Source: Mustelus asterias (lineage: Eukaryota). From it: a stretch of 64,000 bases of DNA. Positions 48,472 through 61,219 of the stretch are shown here, one piece after another. Both the position numbers and the translations under genes were made by a program. The notes below the pieces were generated by a model. It saw nothing but the letters and a program-made list of their open reading frames with translations, was not told where the DNA came from and ran no database searches. Each line of letters opens with the position of its first letter. Position 1 is the first letter of the stretch. The DNA lies in contig NC_135809.1 of NCBI RefSeq assembly GCF_964213995.1, forward strand, positions 138,756,001 through 138,820,000, written 5' to 3'.

Positions 48472-50398
48472 TAACCCCTATCAACATGAAAGAAGCTCAA
48501 CTGGGCACTGGTCTGCAGAAAGTGAGCTTATTGACAACAGTTGGATCCGTGCTGTACTCTGTGGTACATCCTGAAGATACTGAAAACAGTGGATTCTTTC
48601 ATCAGTTTAACAGTGGTTAGCACTGCTGCCTCACAGCGCCAGAGACCTGGGTTCAATTCTGGCCTCGGGTCACTGTCTGTGTGGAGTCTGCACGTTCTAC
48701 CCGTGTCTGCGTGGGTTTCCTCCGGGTGCTCCGGTTTCCTCCCACAGTCCAACAATGTGCGTGTTAAGTGGATTGGCCTCGATCAGGTCACCCCTCAGTC
48801 TTCTCTGATCCAACGAAAACAACCCAAGTCTATCCAATCTCTCGTCATAACTTAAATGCTCCATCCCAGGCAGCACCCTGGTGAATCCCCCCTCCACCCC
48901 CTCCAGTGCAATCACATCCTTCCTATAAGGCTGCTATGAGGTCAGGAGTTGGGTGACCTGGTCAAACCCAAACTGATTATGCATTTTTTATAACTCATGA
49001 AATATTCAGGGTGCATTGAATGTATTTAATCTTATTCGTGAGTTATAGTTAGTGAAGAAGCCCAATTTCAATCCTGCAGCCCACTGGGATTAAGTAGGAT
49101 CACTCGTGTGGCCCACTCACTCGCCCAGGTTGTCCATCCCTGCACTAGAAAGTGAGATAAGTGAGATAGCTGCAAGCTGTGTAAATGTGTAAATGGGGTG
49201 GCACAGTGGCACAGTGGTTAGCACTGCTGCCTCACAGCACCAAGGACCCGGGTTCAATTCCCGGCTTGGGTCACTGTCTGTGTGGAGTCTGCACGTTCTC
49301 CCTGTGTCGGCGTGGGTTTCCTCCGGGTGCTCCGGTTTCCACCCATAGTCTGAAAGATGTGCTGGTTAGGTGGATTGGCCGTGCTAAATTCTCCTTCAGT
49401 GTACCTGAACAGGAGTGTGGCGACTAGGGGATTTTCACAGTAACTTCATTGCGGTGTTAATGTAAGCCTACTTGTGACACTAAATAAATAAACTTTAAAT
49501 GAGGGTTCTCTGCTGGTGTGAGGACGCCAACTGCAAAATCCAGCAACAAGCGAATGGATGTCGTGTACACTCGCTTTCCTTATACCAGGTGTGTGCAAAA
49601 TAACCCGACTTCTCAACTGGGCAAGGAAATTCGGAGTTTGTGTTCTGGGAATGGAATTGCTCATCCCAGAACCACAGAAAAACCCTGATCTGTTCAAACT
49701 TCCCTCCACCCCCTCCCTCCCCGTCACCTCCCATTCTCAAACCCAAACTGTTGCTGCCTCAGTTTAGGGTCCGGCTGATTTCCTTGCCTCCTGGATCCAG
49801 CGAATTGCAGCAAGGTGCCCGTGTATTGTTTGCAACTCAGCAATGGCACTGACATGTGTCACCGATCAGAAATGACCTGGACAGTAGCTCGAACCATCCT
49901 GCAGGATAATCATCCACAGACTTCCAAAGGTGTGCGGGTTAGGTTGATTGGCCATGCTAAATTGACCCTATTGTCGGGGGAGTAGCAAGGTAAATATGTG
50001 GGGTTACGGGAATAGGGCCTGGATAGGATTGTGATCAGTGCAGACTTGATGGGCCGAATGGCCTTCTTCGGCATTGTAGGATTCTATGACTTCACACCAG
50101 TTTTTGGTGGAAGTCAAATTTCTCAGCCAGAAAATTACCGACAGTTCCGTTAACAGGTAAATTGTAAGAGAATGGAATGAACATAACTAGAAAACATAGA
50201 AAGATAGGAGCAGGAGGAGGCCATTCGGCCCTTCGAGCCTGCTCCACCATTTATTACGATCACGGCTGATCATCCAACTCAATAGCCTAATCCTGCTTTC
50301 TCCCCAAAACCTTTGATCTCATTCGCCCCAAAAACACGGAAAACACAGTAAACTACAAATTATACACAACTAAATGCTTCAAAGTTAAGTTGTAAATC

Positions 50399-50404
50399 TT
50401 TATT
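50399..50404 (-). terminator. Candidate RAG1 polyadenylation signal (3' UTR about 2 kb)
   Basis: AATAAA on the - strand at the far edge of the largely TE-free AT-rich block 50340-52384. An alternative signal lies near 51480. Confidence 0.4.
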
Positions 50405-52384
50405 TTTTTTAAAAAGCAACACAAAAGTAGACAATTGAAAGAAACGGAATTATCAAACTAATGTTTAACGCCAAGGGTCTTTCAGTAAATAGAGTCCATG
50501 AAATAGTGATTGAAGCAATCGACATGGGAAACTAGTTTCAGCCTGCTTCATTGAAAGCACAAAGTTCTTTAATATCAAAATTTACTTCAAAAATTCCTGA
50601 AAATGTAGATTCCAGTAAAAATTCAACATTACAAATATGACAAGCATCAATGCAAAATAATTCTGGGTTGGAAACAATTCTGCAACCCAGTTCGGTTCTA
50701 TGTATGATCAATAAAAAAGTCACTGATACATAAGAAGCATTTACTTTTGCAAAGTTAAAGATTAAATCTGCTATAAAATGCAAACCATTCTCCGATCCAT
50801 CTAGTATTTCGATCTAACTCCACACCCACAGCAATGTGATTGGCTCTTAACTGCCTCTGAAATGGTCCAGCGAGTCATTCAGTTCAAGGGTAACTGGGAA
50901 TGGGCAACAAGTGCTGGCCTTGCCAGTGACGCCCACTTCCCATGAAAGAATAAAGAAAAATCAAGCATTTGACCCCATCCTATCCTAGATAATATTGATC
51001 ACAATTCAAATCTGGATGAATATAAATTCGACACATCAGTAATTATGATTTATTTTGCTTGTCAACAGACACAACTTCAGCCTGTATCATACTGCCTTTA
51101 AACTTCTATCCCAATTTGGTTTTGCTACCTTGGGTAAACACATCGGCAGCAGCGACTTTACACAAGTGATTTCCAATGGGTTTGATATTGGACAAAGTGG
51201 TGTCCATTCATTGGAGCCTTAACACTCAACTCTGGACAAAACAAAACCAAGTACAACATTAACTATCTGAGGCAGAATACATACGATGCATTAGACTGTG
51301 TTTTCCCAGTGTTCTGGCTAATTATCAGATCTTGGAATAATGTCAGGTCCAGTGACTCGCCAACGTTTCATTTGATTTTATTACTTTATATTTCAAAGTT
51401 GGAAAACAAATAACAGCCAAAGTTTTAAAAGCTCCTTCATCCATGAAGCAAGTGGTATATATATATATAAAACCAAGCCTTTATTGTGTCTCTGTAGAAA
51501 AAGTAAGAAAAGGTCACCTCAGCTTCAATAACTAGAAGCGGTGTCACCAAAATAAAAAGTATTCATTGATTTTGTTTTGAAAAGACAATGGCTCCATGGT
51601 CCCAATGTCATAGATACGGTGAGTTACACTGATCACTTCATGATGCTCCTGTCATTCTAAAACAGGCAATCTTCTGGCCTCACTAAATGAACAAGCAGAC
51701 AATCCATTCGTAATTCTCAATAAATCAAACTAATTGATAACATATAGGAGCAGAGTAACTTTTTCCAAATACCTTTTTAAAAAAGGCTATGAAATAGCAC
51801 AGCAATCACTTGCTCCTGCTTTATCTCCAATCTAATTTAAAAAACATTTTAAAATCTTAAAATTAATCTTAAATACTGCTGCCGTATTTACCAAAATAAA
51901 TCAATCACGCTGGATGGGAATTTAAAAACAGCAAAGATTGAGCGATACGAACCGACTGGAAGGAACATCGTCAACATTCCCTTCCCACAGTAAAACCACC
52001 ATTACTGATTTTGAAAAGTCTGAATTCAGAAAATATTAACCACTATCTGGTAAAATTGCACCTTACTCAATGTTACTGTCTCACCCACTTTTCATTCACA
52101 TTTAAGCACCGATGTTGCTACATTTTGTGAATATCTAACATGGTCCAAAAGTAATAGAAAGGTTCATGTGTGAACACTTTTTATTTGGGCTGCAGTTGAC
52201 ATGTTTCTCACTCAACCTGTCCAACACTGCGCTAACTTTCCATAACACTGTTGGAACTTCTTCACCAATGTCAACATTACATATCAGGTTTGACCATGAT
52301 AATCCCAACTACCCACATTGTACAGACTGTTCACAGTCTGCTGCAGGTTAAAGATACTCAGAATTCCAGCTCCAATAATTCAGC

Positions 52385-55300
52385 TTAAAAATCAAGAGAA
52401 TCATCTCCAAGTATTGTATCATCTCCAAGTATTGCATCATCTCCAAGTATTGCATCATCTCCAGGTATTGTATTACTTTGTATTATTGTATTATCTTGGC
52501 TGATTATTTCAGCTGGGGCAGATGCACACCTTCCAAGCTTTAACATATTGTGCACATCCATGAACCTCTGTAAATATTTTGAAGTATACAGCCAATGATG
52601 CTTCAAAATGTCTTCCAACTCATAGCTTTTGGACTGCCTTGCATTCATTTTCCTGAAGCGACGGAAAAGCTTGTTGCCCGATTCATTGCCTTCACTTGCC
52701 CACGCGCCTATGGAACCGTCTCTCTCGATGATCTCAGGGACATGAGCTAGGGTCTTGTGCAGGTAGTTGGTGATCTTTCCTTCATATCTGTGACTGAATT
52801 CTGTATGAAGCAGTTCTGCAAACCTCTGGGAATTAAAACTGTACTGACACAGAAGATCTGGGCATTCTGTAGCTGGAAATGTGGAACGCCACACTGGTTT
52901 CATAAGTAGATAAAGGTGCATTAACTCTCTGAGAATCTCTCTCCTTTCTTCAGATGGAACCAGTTCACACACGGCTTCCACAGTCTCTTTTGTCATTAGT
53001 TTTCTCGCAAAGTTTCCATTCATCCTCATTATAGGTTTCAAATTCATCTTTTTCCTCAAGTGTTTATCCAGCATTGATTGCCACCTTTTCCTTTCCTCCT
53101 TTGATGTATTTGGATTTTTGTATACTTCCCCAATCTCATCCTGGAAGATTCTGTAGAATTCTGCCGCATTTCCAATGTCACAATGCAAGGCATCTATGGA
53201 GGGTTGAGTTTCTATAAATGGTTTCGCTGAAACTCCTTTCACTCTATCACGTAACTCATCAGCTGTCTCGTGATATGGGTTTGAACGCCAGATTTCATAG
53301 CGTTCCAAGTTCTCTGCATGGTTCCTTGTTATGGAATGAAGAACCATGTTCTTTGAAGCTTCACTTCGTGTGGAATCACACAATGTGCAGACATAGATAG
53401 AACCCGAGGCTTCAAGCCCTTCCACTTCCCGAACAAGCTTCTCATCATATCCCGTGCCTCGAAAGATAAACTGGAAAGATCGGTACAAATCTCCAATTTC
53501 AACGATTAAATCACTGGTCTTCATTGATTCTCTTTCAGCAATTACTGGCCCCAGTATTGCAGTCAATATTTCATGGTCAGATTCATCAGCCAACATCAGG
53601 CAAAGCGGCCTGCAGCACAGCTCAGAATTTGGTTTCATCTCTTCAAACACCTTCACTTTTTCATTATCTTCATTCATCACACTTATACTCATGATTGTGA
53701 AGGAATACCTCACTGCCTTTTCTGGAACTATGGGACCGCATCCATGTTTTTCACTCACATCCCCCATCCCATCACAAGATTCCTTGATTACAACCGTAAA
53801 CGGTCCACTCACAAACTCATCTACATTTTGGCTTCTTAAACCTTCCAAGATATCGTCCTCCATCTCCTTCACAGCTGAAGCAAGCGCCACGTCATACCGA
53901 AACCGCCTTGAGATAGTTTCCATTGGGTAATCATCAACACACTGAACCCAACCAGTCAAACCATCGATTATCCCCACTTGTGTGTTTGTGGAGATCGTTG
54001 CAAGAGGAGGCTGCCATTCGAATGAATAATAACCCGGCAACAATGTTTTCTCTGCATTTCGGAGTGCGTGTAATGGCTGGAAGATCTGCTTCCCAGTAAT
54101 AGCCTTGACTGTCTTGTACATTTTATGATATTGACTGCAACTTAGAAATGTATTAATTCGAATGGCAAGGCAGACTGCTGGCTTCAACTCTGATCCCCGT
54201 CCCTGCATGACCGCTTCCAACTCATCTGCTTGTCTGTGCTCGTTCCCAGCTCGGAGAGCCAGCAACAACAGAGTGAGGCACACAGACTTCACATCACCAC
54301 CTTCCTCTTTGTCTGCAAAAGTCTTCACCTGAAGTTTCAGATCTCGCAGGCGATGTTTTTGAGCTCTTCGGGTTAAAGAGAGCAAATGCTGTCTTGGCCG
54401 TCCACCTTTGTTTACTGGTGAGTAAGCATGCTTCATTCTCCTTTCTTTGTGGTTTCGGGCATGGTTAGAATATTCACCTAGTCTCACCTCTACTTCACAG
54501 TCTGTCACTGGACATCTTAAAACCAGTGAATTCAGAACATTTAGAAATGATTTGACTGGGCTTCGAAACTCTTTGGGATCACAAGGAAACCTACAGACTG
54601 GACAATACTTGCCCAGGACTGTGATACATTTGAGAATACATGTTCTACAGAAAAGGTGCATGCATGGTGATTGCACAGGGTCAGCAAGTAAGTGCTCGCA
54701 AACCTGACAGGAAACTGACTGGATAAAATTATTGGGATAATCCAGTACAAGGAGTTTGGAAGTTAGATGGATTTTCTTGCAGTTGACAATCTTTTTAGCC
54801 AACATAATACTTGTACTATTTTTTTGATCTTTTCTTTTAATGACTCCTGGTCTGATTGGAGTGTCAACTGTTACTTTGGCCTTCTTTACGACTGGTGGAC
54901 TTCGTTTGAGACCTTTTCGTTTGCGAGTCCCACTTGAAAAATTGCAGATGCTGCAGAGGTTGGAATGTGGCTTCCATTCAACAACTGTACCGATCGGGAA
55001 GAACGCATCTTCATTTGTTGTGTTGTTGATTGTTTGAATAACAACTCGCCAGCAGTTGTAGCAGAAGTGGGTGGGACATCTCGCTTCTGTATCCATTTTG
55101 ACATCAATCCTAAAAGCATTAGCAATGAGCTCTGGCCAGAAACAGTCACCATACCCCATTTTTCTGAGCACCTCTTGTGTGACATCATCGACAGGGCCAC
55201 TAACTGAGTATTTCATGTCATAACTGGTGGTGTTAAAGGAAGCACCACAGATACGACAAAGATTTTGTAATCGTAATACGTGTTCTTCCAAAGATTTTGC

Positions 55301-55600
55301 CTTCATTTGGCTGAAGTTACGAAACCTTTTTTTTGGTGGGTTGACCTCTAAAGACACGTGTCCCAGAGATTTATCTTCCAAAGTCTTCTTGTCCAAAGGC
55401 AGTGTTTCCAAAGACATGGCAGCCACTGGCTTGCTTTGAGAGCTGGAGAATTGCCACAATTGGCCATGAGCTGGTGCAAGAATCTCTGTCTCATAAAGCT
55501 TTTCCCTTGAAACCATGGCTTCCTTTTGGAAATTTCCGAAAGACATTTCTACATGTCTAAAACAATCCGGCATCATCTGCAGAGGCCTCTCCATTTCCAT
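52385..55600 (-). CDS. RAG1: V(D)J recombination-activating protein 1 (1071 aa, single coding exon)
   Basis: N-terminal LCRICG and HFCYNC motifs, C3HC4 RING ([19 protein letters not shown]), nonamer-binding [21 protein letters not shown], catalytic DDE in ESCDG / GTGYDEK / SEGNES. Splice acceptor (ctctttatttcactgttAG) at 55615-55614, 13 nt upstream of the ATG. Confidence 0.99.
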   Translation of the reverse strand: MEMERPLQMMPDCFRHVEMSFGNFQKEAMVSREKLYETEILAPAHGQLWQFSSSQSKPVAAMSLETLPLDKKTLEDKSLGHVSLEVNPPKKRFRNFSQMKAKSLEEHVLRLQNLCRICGASFNTTSYDMKYSVSGPVDDVTQEVLRKMGYGDCFWPELIANAFRIDVKMDTEARCPTHFCYNCWRVVIQTINNTTNEDAFFPIGTVVEWKPHSNLCSICNFSSGTRKRKGLKRSPPVVKKAKVTVDTPIRPGVIKRKDQKNSTSIMLAKKIVNCKKIHLTSKLLVLDYPNNFIQSVSCQVCEHLLADPVQSPCMHLFCRTCILKCITVLGKYCPVCRFPCDPKEFRSPVKSFLNVLNSLVLRCPVTDCEVEVRLGEYSNHARNHKERRMKHAYSPVNKGGRPRQHLLSLTRRAQKHRLRDLKLQVKTFADKEEGGDVKSVCLTLLLLALRAGNEHRQADELEAVMQGRGSELKPAVCLAIRINTFLSCSQYHKMYKTVKAITGKQIFQPLHALRNAEKTLLPGYYSFEWQPPLATISTNTQVGIIDGLTGWVQCVDDYPMETISRRFRYDVALASAVKEMEDDILEGLRSQNVDEFVSGPFTVVIKESCDGMGDVSEKHGCGPIVPEKAVRYSFTIMSISVMNEDNEKVKVFEEMKPNSELCCRPLCLMLADESDHEILTAILGPVIAERESMKTSDLIVEIGDLYRSFQFIFRGTGYDEKLVREVEGLEASGSIYVCTLCDSTRSEASKNMVLHSITRNHAENLERYEIWRSNPYHETADELRDRVKGVSAKPFIETQPSIDALHCDIGNAAEFYRIFQDEIGEVYKNPNTSKEERKRWQSMLDKHLRKKMNLKPIMRMNGNFARKLMTKETVEAVCELVPSEERREILRELMHLYLLMKPVWRSTFPATECPDLLCQYSFNSQRFAELLHTEFSHRYEGKITNYLHKTLAHVPEIIERDGSIGAWASEGNESGNKLFRRFRKMNARQSKSYELEDILKHHWLYTSKYLQRFMDVHNMLKLGRCASAPAEIISQDNTIIQSNTIPGDDAILGDDAILGDDTILGDDSLDF

Positions 55601-56443
55601 TAAACATTGGTACCTAACAGTGAAATAAAGAGTGATAACTGATTAAAATGTGATGATGATTCAGCAGCTTTGTGAATAACGTTGTTCTATATTCAATGTT
55701 AATGAACTACAGTCACATTCTACTCATTCATTATTCAGACAACTGTGTTTTACAACATTAGGACTGGACTCAAACTGGGATTCTGATTCTGTTCAATAAA
55801 GACCATCACATCCAATATCGGGGTTAATATTACCCTGTTGGGGGGGAATCTGGCAGGTTTAGCTATGCTGCTTATTTCATACAGAATCATAGAATCCCTA
55901 CAGTGTAGTAGTAGACCATTCAGTCCATCGAGTTTGCACCGACCACAATCCCACCCAGGCCTCATCACCATAACCCCATGCATTTACCCAACTAATCCCC
56001 CTGTCACTAAGGGGCAATTTAGCATGGCCAATACATCTAACCCGCACATCTTTGGACTGTGGGAAGAAACCAGAGTATCCGGAGGAAACCCACACAGACA
56101 CGGGAGAATGTGACACGGACAGTAACCCAAGCTGGGAATTGAACCGGCTTATAAAAGATCCTTATAAAAGATCACACTAGATAAAGAATGATTCTGGGCA
56201 GGGTGTAAGACAGCTAATCAACCCCATTCTTTTCCCAGTGGGTGGGTTAGATTAAAGTTACACCTTCTTTGAGGGTGAAAAGCATAATTTTAACTAAGGG
56301 AGAAAAAAATAGAAAAATATTGCCAGTTAATAAGATTGTTATTGAAGATTCTCACAATTTCATAGGCAAAGTTCACATTTGCATATTTATAAATACACAG
56401 AAATAGATAAGAGAAAGATAACAGATTGAACCAATTTGTATTT

Positions 56444-57000
56444 GGCGACATGGTGGCACAGTGGTTAGCACTGCTGCCTCACAGTGCCAGGGACCTGGGG
56501 CAACACGGTGGCACAGTGGTTAGCACGGCTGCCTCACAGTGCCAGGGACCTGGGGCGGCACGGTGGCACAGTGGTTAGCACGGCTGCCTCACAGTGCCAG
56601 GGACCCGGGGCGGCACGGTGGCACAGTGGTTAGCACTGCGGCCTCACAGTGCCAGGGACCCGGGGCAGCACGGTGGCATAGTGGTTAGCACTGCTGCCTC
56701 ACAGCGCCAGGGACCCGGGGCGGCACGGTGGCACAGTGGTTAGCACTGCTGCCTCACAGTGCCAGGGACCCGGGTTCGATTCTCAGCTTGGGTCACTGTC
56801 TGTGTGGAGTTTGCACATTCTCCCCGTGTCTGCGTGGGTTTCCTCCGGGTGCTCCGATTTCCTCCCACAGTCCGAAAGACGTGCTGTTTAGGTGCATTAA
56901 CCCAAACTTGCGCTGGACTGTGGCGACTAGGGGAACTTCACAGTAACTTCATTGCAGTGTTAATGTGATACTAATAAATAAACTTTAAACTTTAAAACTT
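56444..57000 (+). mobile_element. V-SINE with six tandem 55-bp heads, in the RAG1 5' intron
   Basis: Units start at about 56444, 56497, 56552, 56607, 56662 and 56717; only the last continues into the B box and body. Confidence 0.92.
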
Positions 57001-58786
57001 TATTTACCTTCACAAGAATAGATAGTTCCAATCAATTTCCTTAGCTTAGAACACAAATAGAATAGAATAGAAAGCTGAATTGGCTGCAATTACTTTACAC
57101 AAATGGAACCGGTGTCACTGCTGCCTGCTATTACCCAGTGGACTTTTATCAGTGTTGTCAGCATTAACATAAATGATATCTTACATAAAAGTAGCTGCTG
57201 CTGACTTGAGTATTTAACAAAAGGCAGAAAACCAAAGGTTTGTGGAAATAAATCTTAAATTGTCACAAAATTAATAATTGTCAGCCTGAGATCAAATATT
57301 TCCCCTTGGGTTAAGGTGACTCAAATCTGAAAGAATCCAAATTTGAAGTTTCTCTCATTAACCCCAAGATCTTTTCACGATGAAACTTCTCATTGAGTAA
57401 TAACACATTTTATTTCTGTAATCCTCACATTCTGATCTCTATCCCATGCCTACACTAGTTTCGTCTTGTCTGTAATGTGTCAATTTTTCAGTGTGAAAAT
57501 AGACATAGGTAGACACTCTCGTTGAATAGCGGAGTAGACTCGATGGGCCGAATGGCTTACTTCTGTTCTTGCGTTTTATGATCTTACACTCGAGGAAATA
57601 ATGTTTGAGATTAATAAGAATCATCGATAAAACATCAGACTCATATGTTAACCAGAAAGAGCAAGGCTTGAGTTACACAAAAGCCAGCACAACACAGCTC
57701 ACATCTTTAACATGTTCTTAATATTTCACAAAATTAAACAAAGAACAAGAGTTTGCAATGATAACTTGAAATTTGGCATTTTCTGAACATTAGTGCTACC
57801 ATGTCAGAGCCACTGACAGATAATGTCGCTTTGCATTACAATTGTTCTTATTCAAAACCTTCACAAACAAATCCAATCACTCACACAGAGATTAATGGCA
57901 ACAGGTTTGGACTTCTCAAAAACGTAATACATCAAAAATAACCAAATTTACCAATGTTAATTTGAACTATAGTTGAGGAGTTTCAGTAGAATCAAGTGTT
58001 GGGGGAGATGGGACAACGTTGCTTTTCTATTAATCCAGATGCCCCGGCTAATGCCCCAGGTACATAGGTTCAAATCCCACCACAGCTGGTAGTATTTAAA
58101 TTCAATGAATAAAATCTGGAATATAAAACTTGTATCAAACTTTCACAGGTTACTGTAAAACAAAATCCCATCTGGTTCATTGATGTCCTTTAGGGAAGGA
58201 AATCTGCCATTCTTACCTGGCCGACATGTGACTCCAGAGCCGCAGCAATGTGATTGACTCTTAACGGTCCCCTGAAACAGCCGGGGGAGACACTCAGTTC
58301 AAGGAAAATTAGAGATGGGTCACAAATGCTGATCCAGCCAATGACACCCACATCCCATGAGTAAATAAAAACTAATCGAGGTGGGAGAACAATCTGGATT
58401 GTTTTCTATAAAAATAATCACCTCTGGTGAGTTTTAGGAAATTAGTCGCCACCATTTCATAAAATTGATCAACTGCAGCCGCTTCCATGAAGTATTTTGC
58501 ACCATCTCTCCTTATCCCAAATGTAACATCTAATTAAACCACAAGATCATTTTATATCCAGTACAAAAGGTAAGAAAGCTTCTGGCAACTTAAAAATAAT
58601 CTTTATGGTGCACATTTATTTATTCTCTCTTACTTTAAAACACTTAAATTTAAAAAAATTAAAATATAAAATCTATTAAACTAACCATGTCATGTTTCGT
58701 GTTCAACTTCTTATTTCTCTACTTAGTCGCATATATTACACATCTCATAAATGCAAGATCTCCAGTAACAAGATTGATAAACTTAC

Positions 58787-59050
58787 TGCTACAAAGCTCT
58801 GAAAGTAACTCCACACTTGTACAAGTGTTGACAGCAGTGGCAATCTCGACATTTATCTTTCTGTCTCCGAATGTGTTTCTCAGAGCGGCTCCCATCTGTT
58901 CCAAACCATGAAATTAACTGTGAAATAACAGGAACTCTGGCTGCCTCGTCTGCTTCTGCCCTGAAGCAGCTGCTGTGGTGGTCTGTCTCTTAAACCAACC
59001 ATCACATTTAACCACACTCCTACACGGGAATGTTACTTTCTGTGCTGCTT
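58787..59050 (-). promoter_or_regulatory. RAG1: Candidate RAG1 promoter and non-coding exon 1
   Basis: Repeat-free region with clustered E-boxes (CAGCTG, CATCTG), RUNX sites (TGTGGT, AACCACA), a Myb-like TAACTG and an Ikaros-like GGGAA, followed on the - strand by donor GCA|GTAAGT at 58786-58781. Implies a 3.2 kb 5' UTR intron ending at the 55614 acceptor. Confidence 0.6.
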
Positions 59051-61219
59051 TCCCCAGTGTTAAATTAATACTTTGGGTATTCTTAATACTTTGGCTTACG
59101 CATCAAGATTTTTATTTTATGTTTTAATCTTTTTTAAGTTTTTTATTTTTCCCTTTCATCTTTCATTATTTTCCTGTATGTGTAAAATCTAATTCATTAA
59201 TTTATTCTGACTGTTGGAATTTTGTCATTGTTATTTATCTCCCAATGCTGTTTTTGAATTCCCTCCATGATGCTTAAACTTTGCGCTTACTGGAGTTCTC
59301 CACCTCTCTTGTTTGGGGACATGTAAGATACTGCCATCTTGTGGATTGATTTAAGTTCACTGTTTCTCCTGAGCTTCTTTCTCAATGTCATAGAATCCCC
59401 ACAGTGCAGAAGGAGGCCATTCAGCCCATCGAGTCTGCACTGAGTGACAGAGTATCTTACCCAGACTCTCTCCCACTCTACTGTAACCCCCACATTTACC
59501 AAGGCCAATCCCCCTAATCTCCACACCAAGGAGCAATTTAGCATGGTCAATCCACCTAACCGGCACATCTTTGGATGCAGAGAATAACACATCGAATGCA
59601 TCTAATAAGAGGATTTGATTTGGGTTTATAAAAGATATGAAAGAAATGAGGAAATTACACTTAACACAGTCAGCCAGTCCTTTCACAGTCTGTACTCAAG
59701 GAGGCTAAAAGTTACATCAATGCAGTAAAAACACCTTCAGAAAACAGAAGTACCTACTCTAGGATTTTCAAAGTATAAAAGGTTAACTCCATTACTTAGT
59801 CTTTGTATATTTTAATAACTTTCTGTTGTTGTATTCTGCTTTGCACTGACTTTGCAGCCTATTGGGGGCAGGATTTATCCTGACACTGGAGTAAGACAAG
59901 TTCTGGATGAGGGGAGGTATCTCAATTCAATTCAGCGTTGCTACAGAATCCTACACTCCTCATTGGCATTCCAGGTTTCAGACTTGCCTCTTTGCCAAGG
60001 CTTACAGCTGTGTTGCAAAACTGCAAAACTCAAACTTTCTCAGACAATATATCTGTAAACTACAGTGTGTGTGAACCTGCACTGACATTCATAAGAACAT
60101 AAGAAATAGGAGCAGGAGTAGGCCATCTGGCCCTTCGAGCCTGCCCCGCCATTCAACAAGATCATGGCTGATCTGAAGCGAAAGAAAAATCATTCTAATT
60201 GTTAGACAACTCTCACAGCCACTCGTCAGCAAAGATTACTGACACAGAATAAATTCTGTGATCCGCGGACAAACACAAATTAGAACATAGAACAGTACAG
60301 CACAGAACAGGCCCTTCTGCCCACAATGTTGTGCCGAGCTTTATCTGAAACCAAGATCAAGCTATCCCACTCTCTATCATCCTGGTGTGCTGAAATATCT
60401 GAAACCATTGGTCTGCGAGTGACATTTCAAAAGCATTATTGTTGGAAAGAATACCAGTGAAATGGATCGACTCTGAATTGCGACAAGACGCTGACAATCT
60501 GTCGACAAACATCGACAGTCAAGAATTTCTAACCTCTCTAGTGACATCATCACTTTGATATCAACAGATTTGGTGTAAGTCAGATTGGGAAGGGGACAGT
60601 TTCCAGCAGTTATACTGATGTAAAGACGTGGCGAGTTCAAATTATTTTCAACAGAAAAAGGTTGTGATGGAGTGGGGGCGAATCGTGATTAAAATGTTTT
60701 AAATGATGAATGGATTTGATCAGAAGGAGAAATTCTGGCTGGGATTTTCGTCCCCATTTGCCACGGATGGATTTGGGGCCGGGGATAAATATCACGGGAG
60801 CCAAAAAGCTGGGATTTACAATGGTGAGATATCCCACAGTGATTGCCCCCACCCCTCCCCCAGAAAGTCAGGAACTGAATTTAAGTTCATAGTGGGCAGT
60901 CCCACTGTAACCTCCCCTAACACTCGACAATCCGTGCCCAGTGTCACCACTTCACACTGACAGGTTTTACAGCCGTTCTTTTTAAAACGACAACCTGCTG
61001 ACCTCACTTCCAAGGGGGAGTTTGGAGGTAAGAATGTAAATTGGCATTGCCACCCAGGAGGCAGAGGGTACTGGGCAGTGTGGGGAGGAGGGGGGGGGTG
61101 CGGTGGGGGGAGGCAGGGCCAGCTACAAGGCTCCTGATACGAGGGGGGGGGATAAGTGTCACTGATCTGGGTGGGTGGTCGCGGTTGGCCATAGAGGCCA
61201 GGTTTCAGGTCAGTGAAGT

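Noticed and set aside
53454-55439. Antisense ORFs within RAG1 (and within RAG2 and the LINEs)
   Set aside because: Shadow ORFs of real coding sequence.
56444-56780. Many CACAGTG heptamers suggesting RSS or ProtoRAG TIR remnants
   Set aside because: They are part of the SINE tRNA head, and no ACAAAAACC-like nonamer follows at 12 or 23 nt. I saw no convincing TIR flanking RAG1/RAG2 by eye; an RSS information-content scan would be needed to exclude weak ones.
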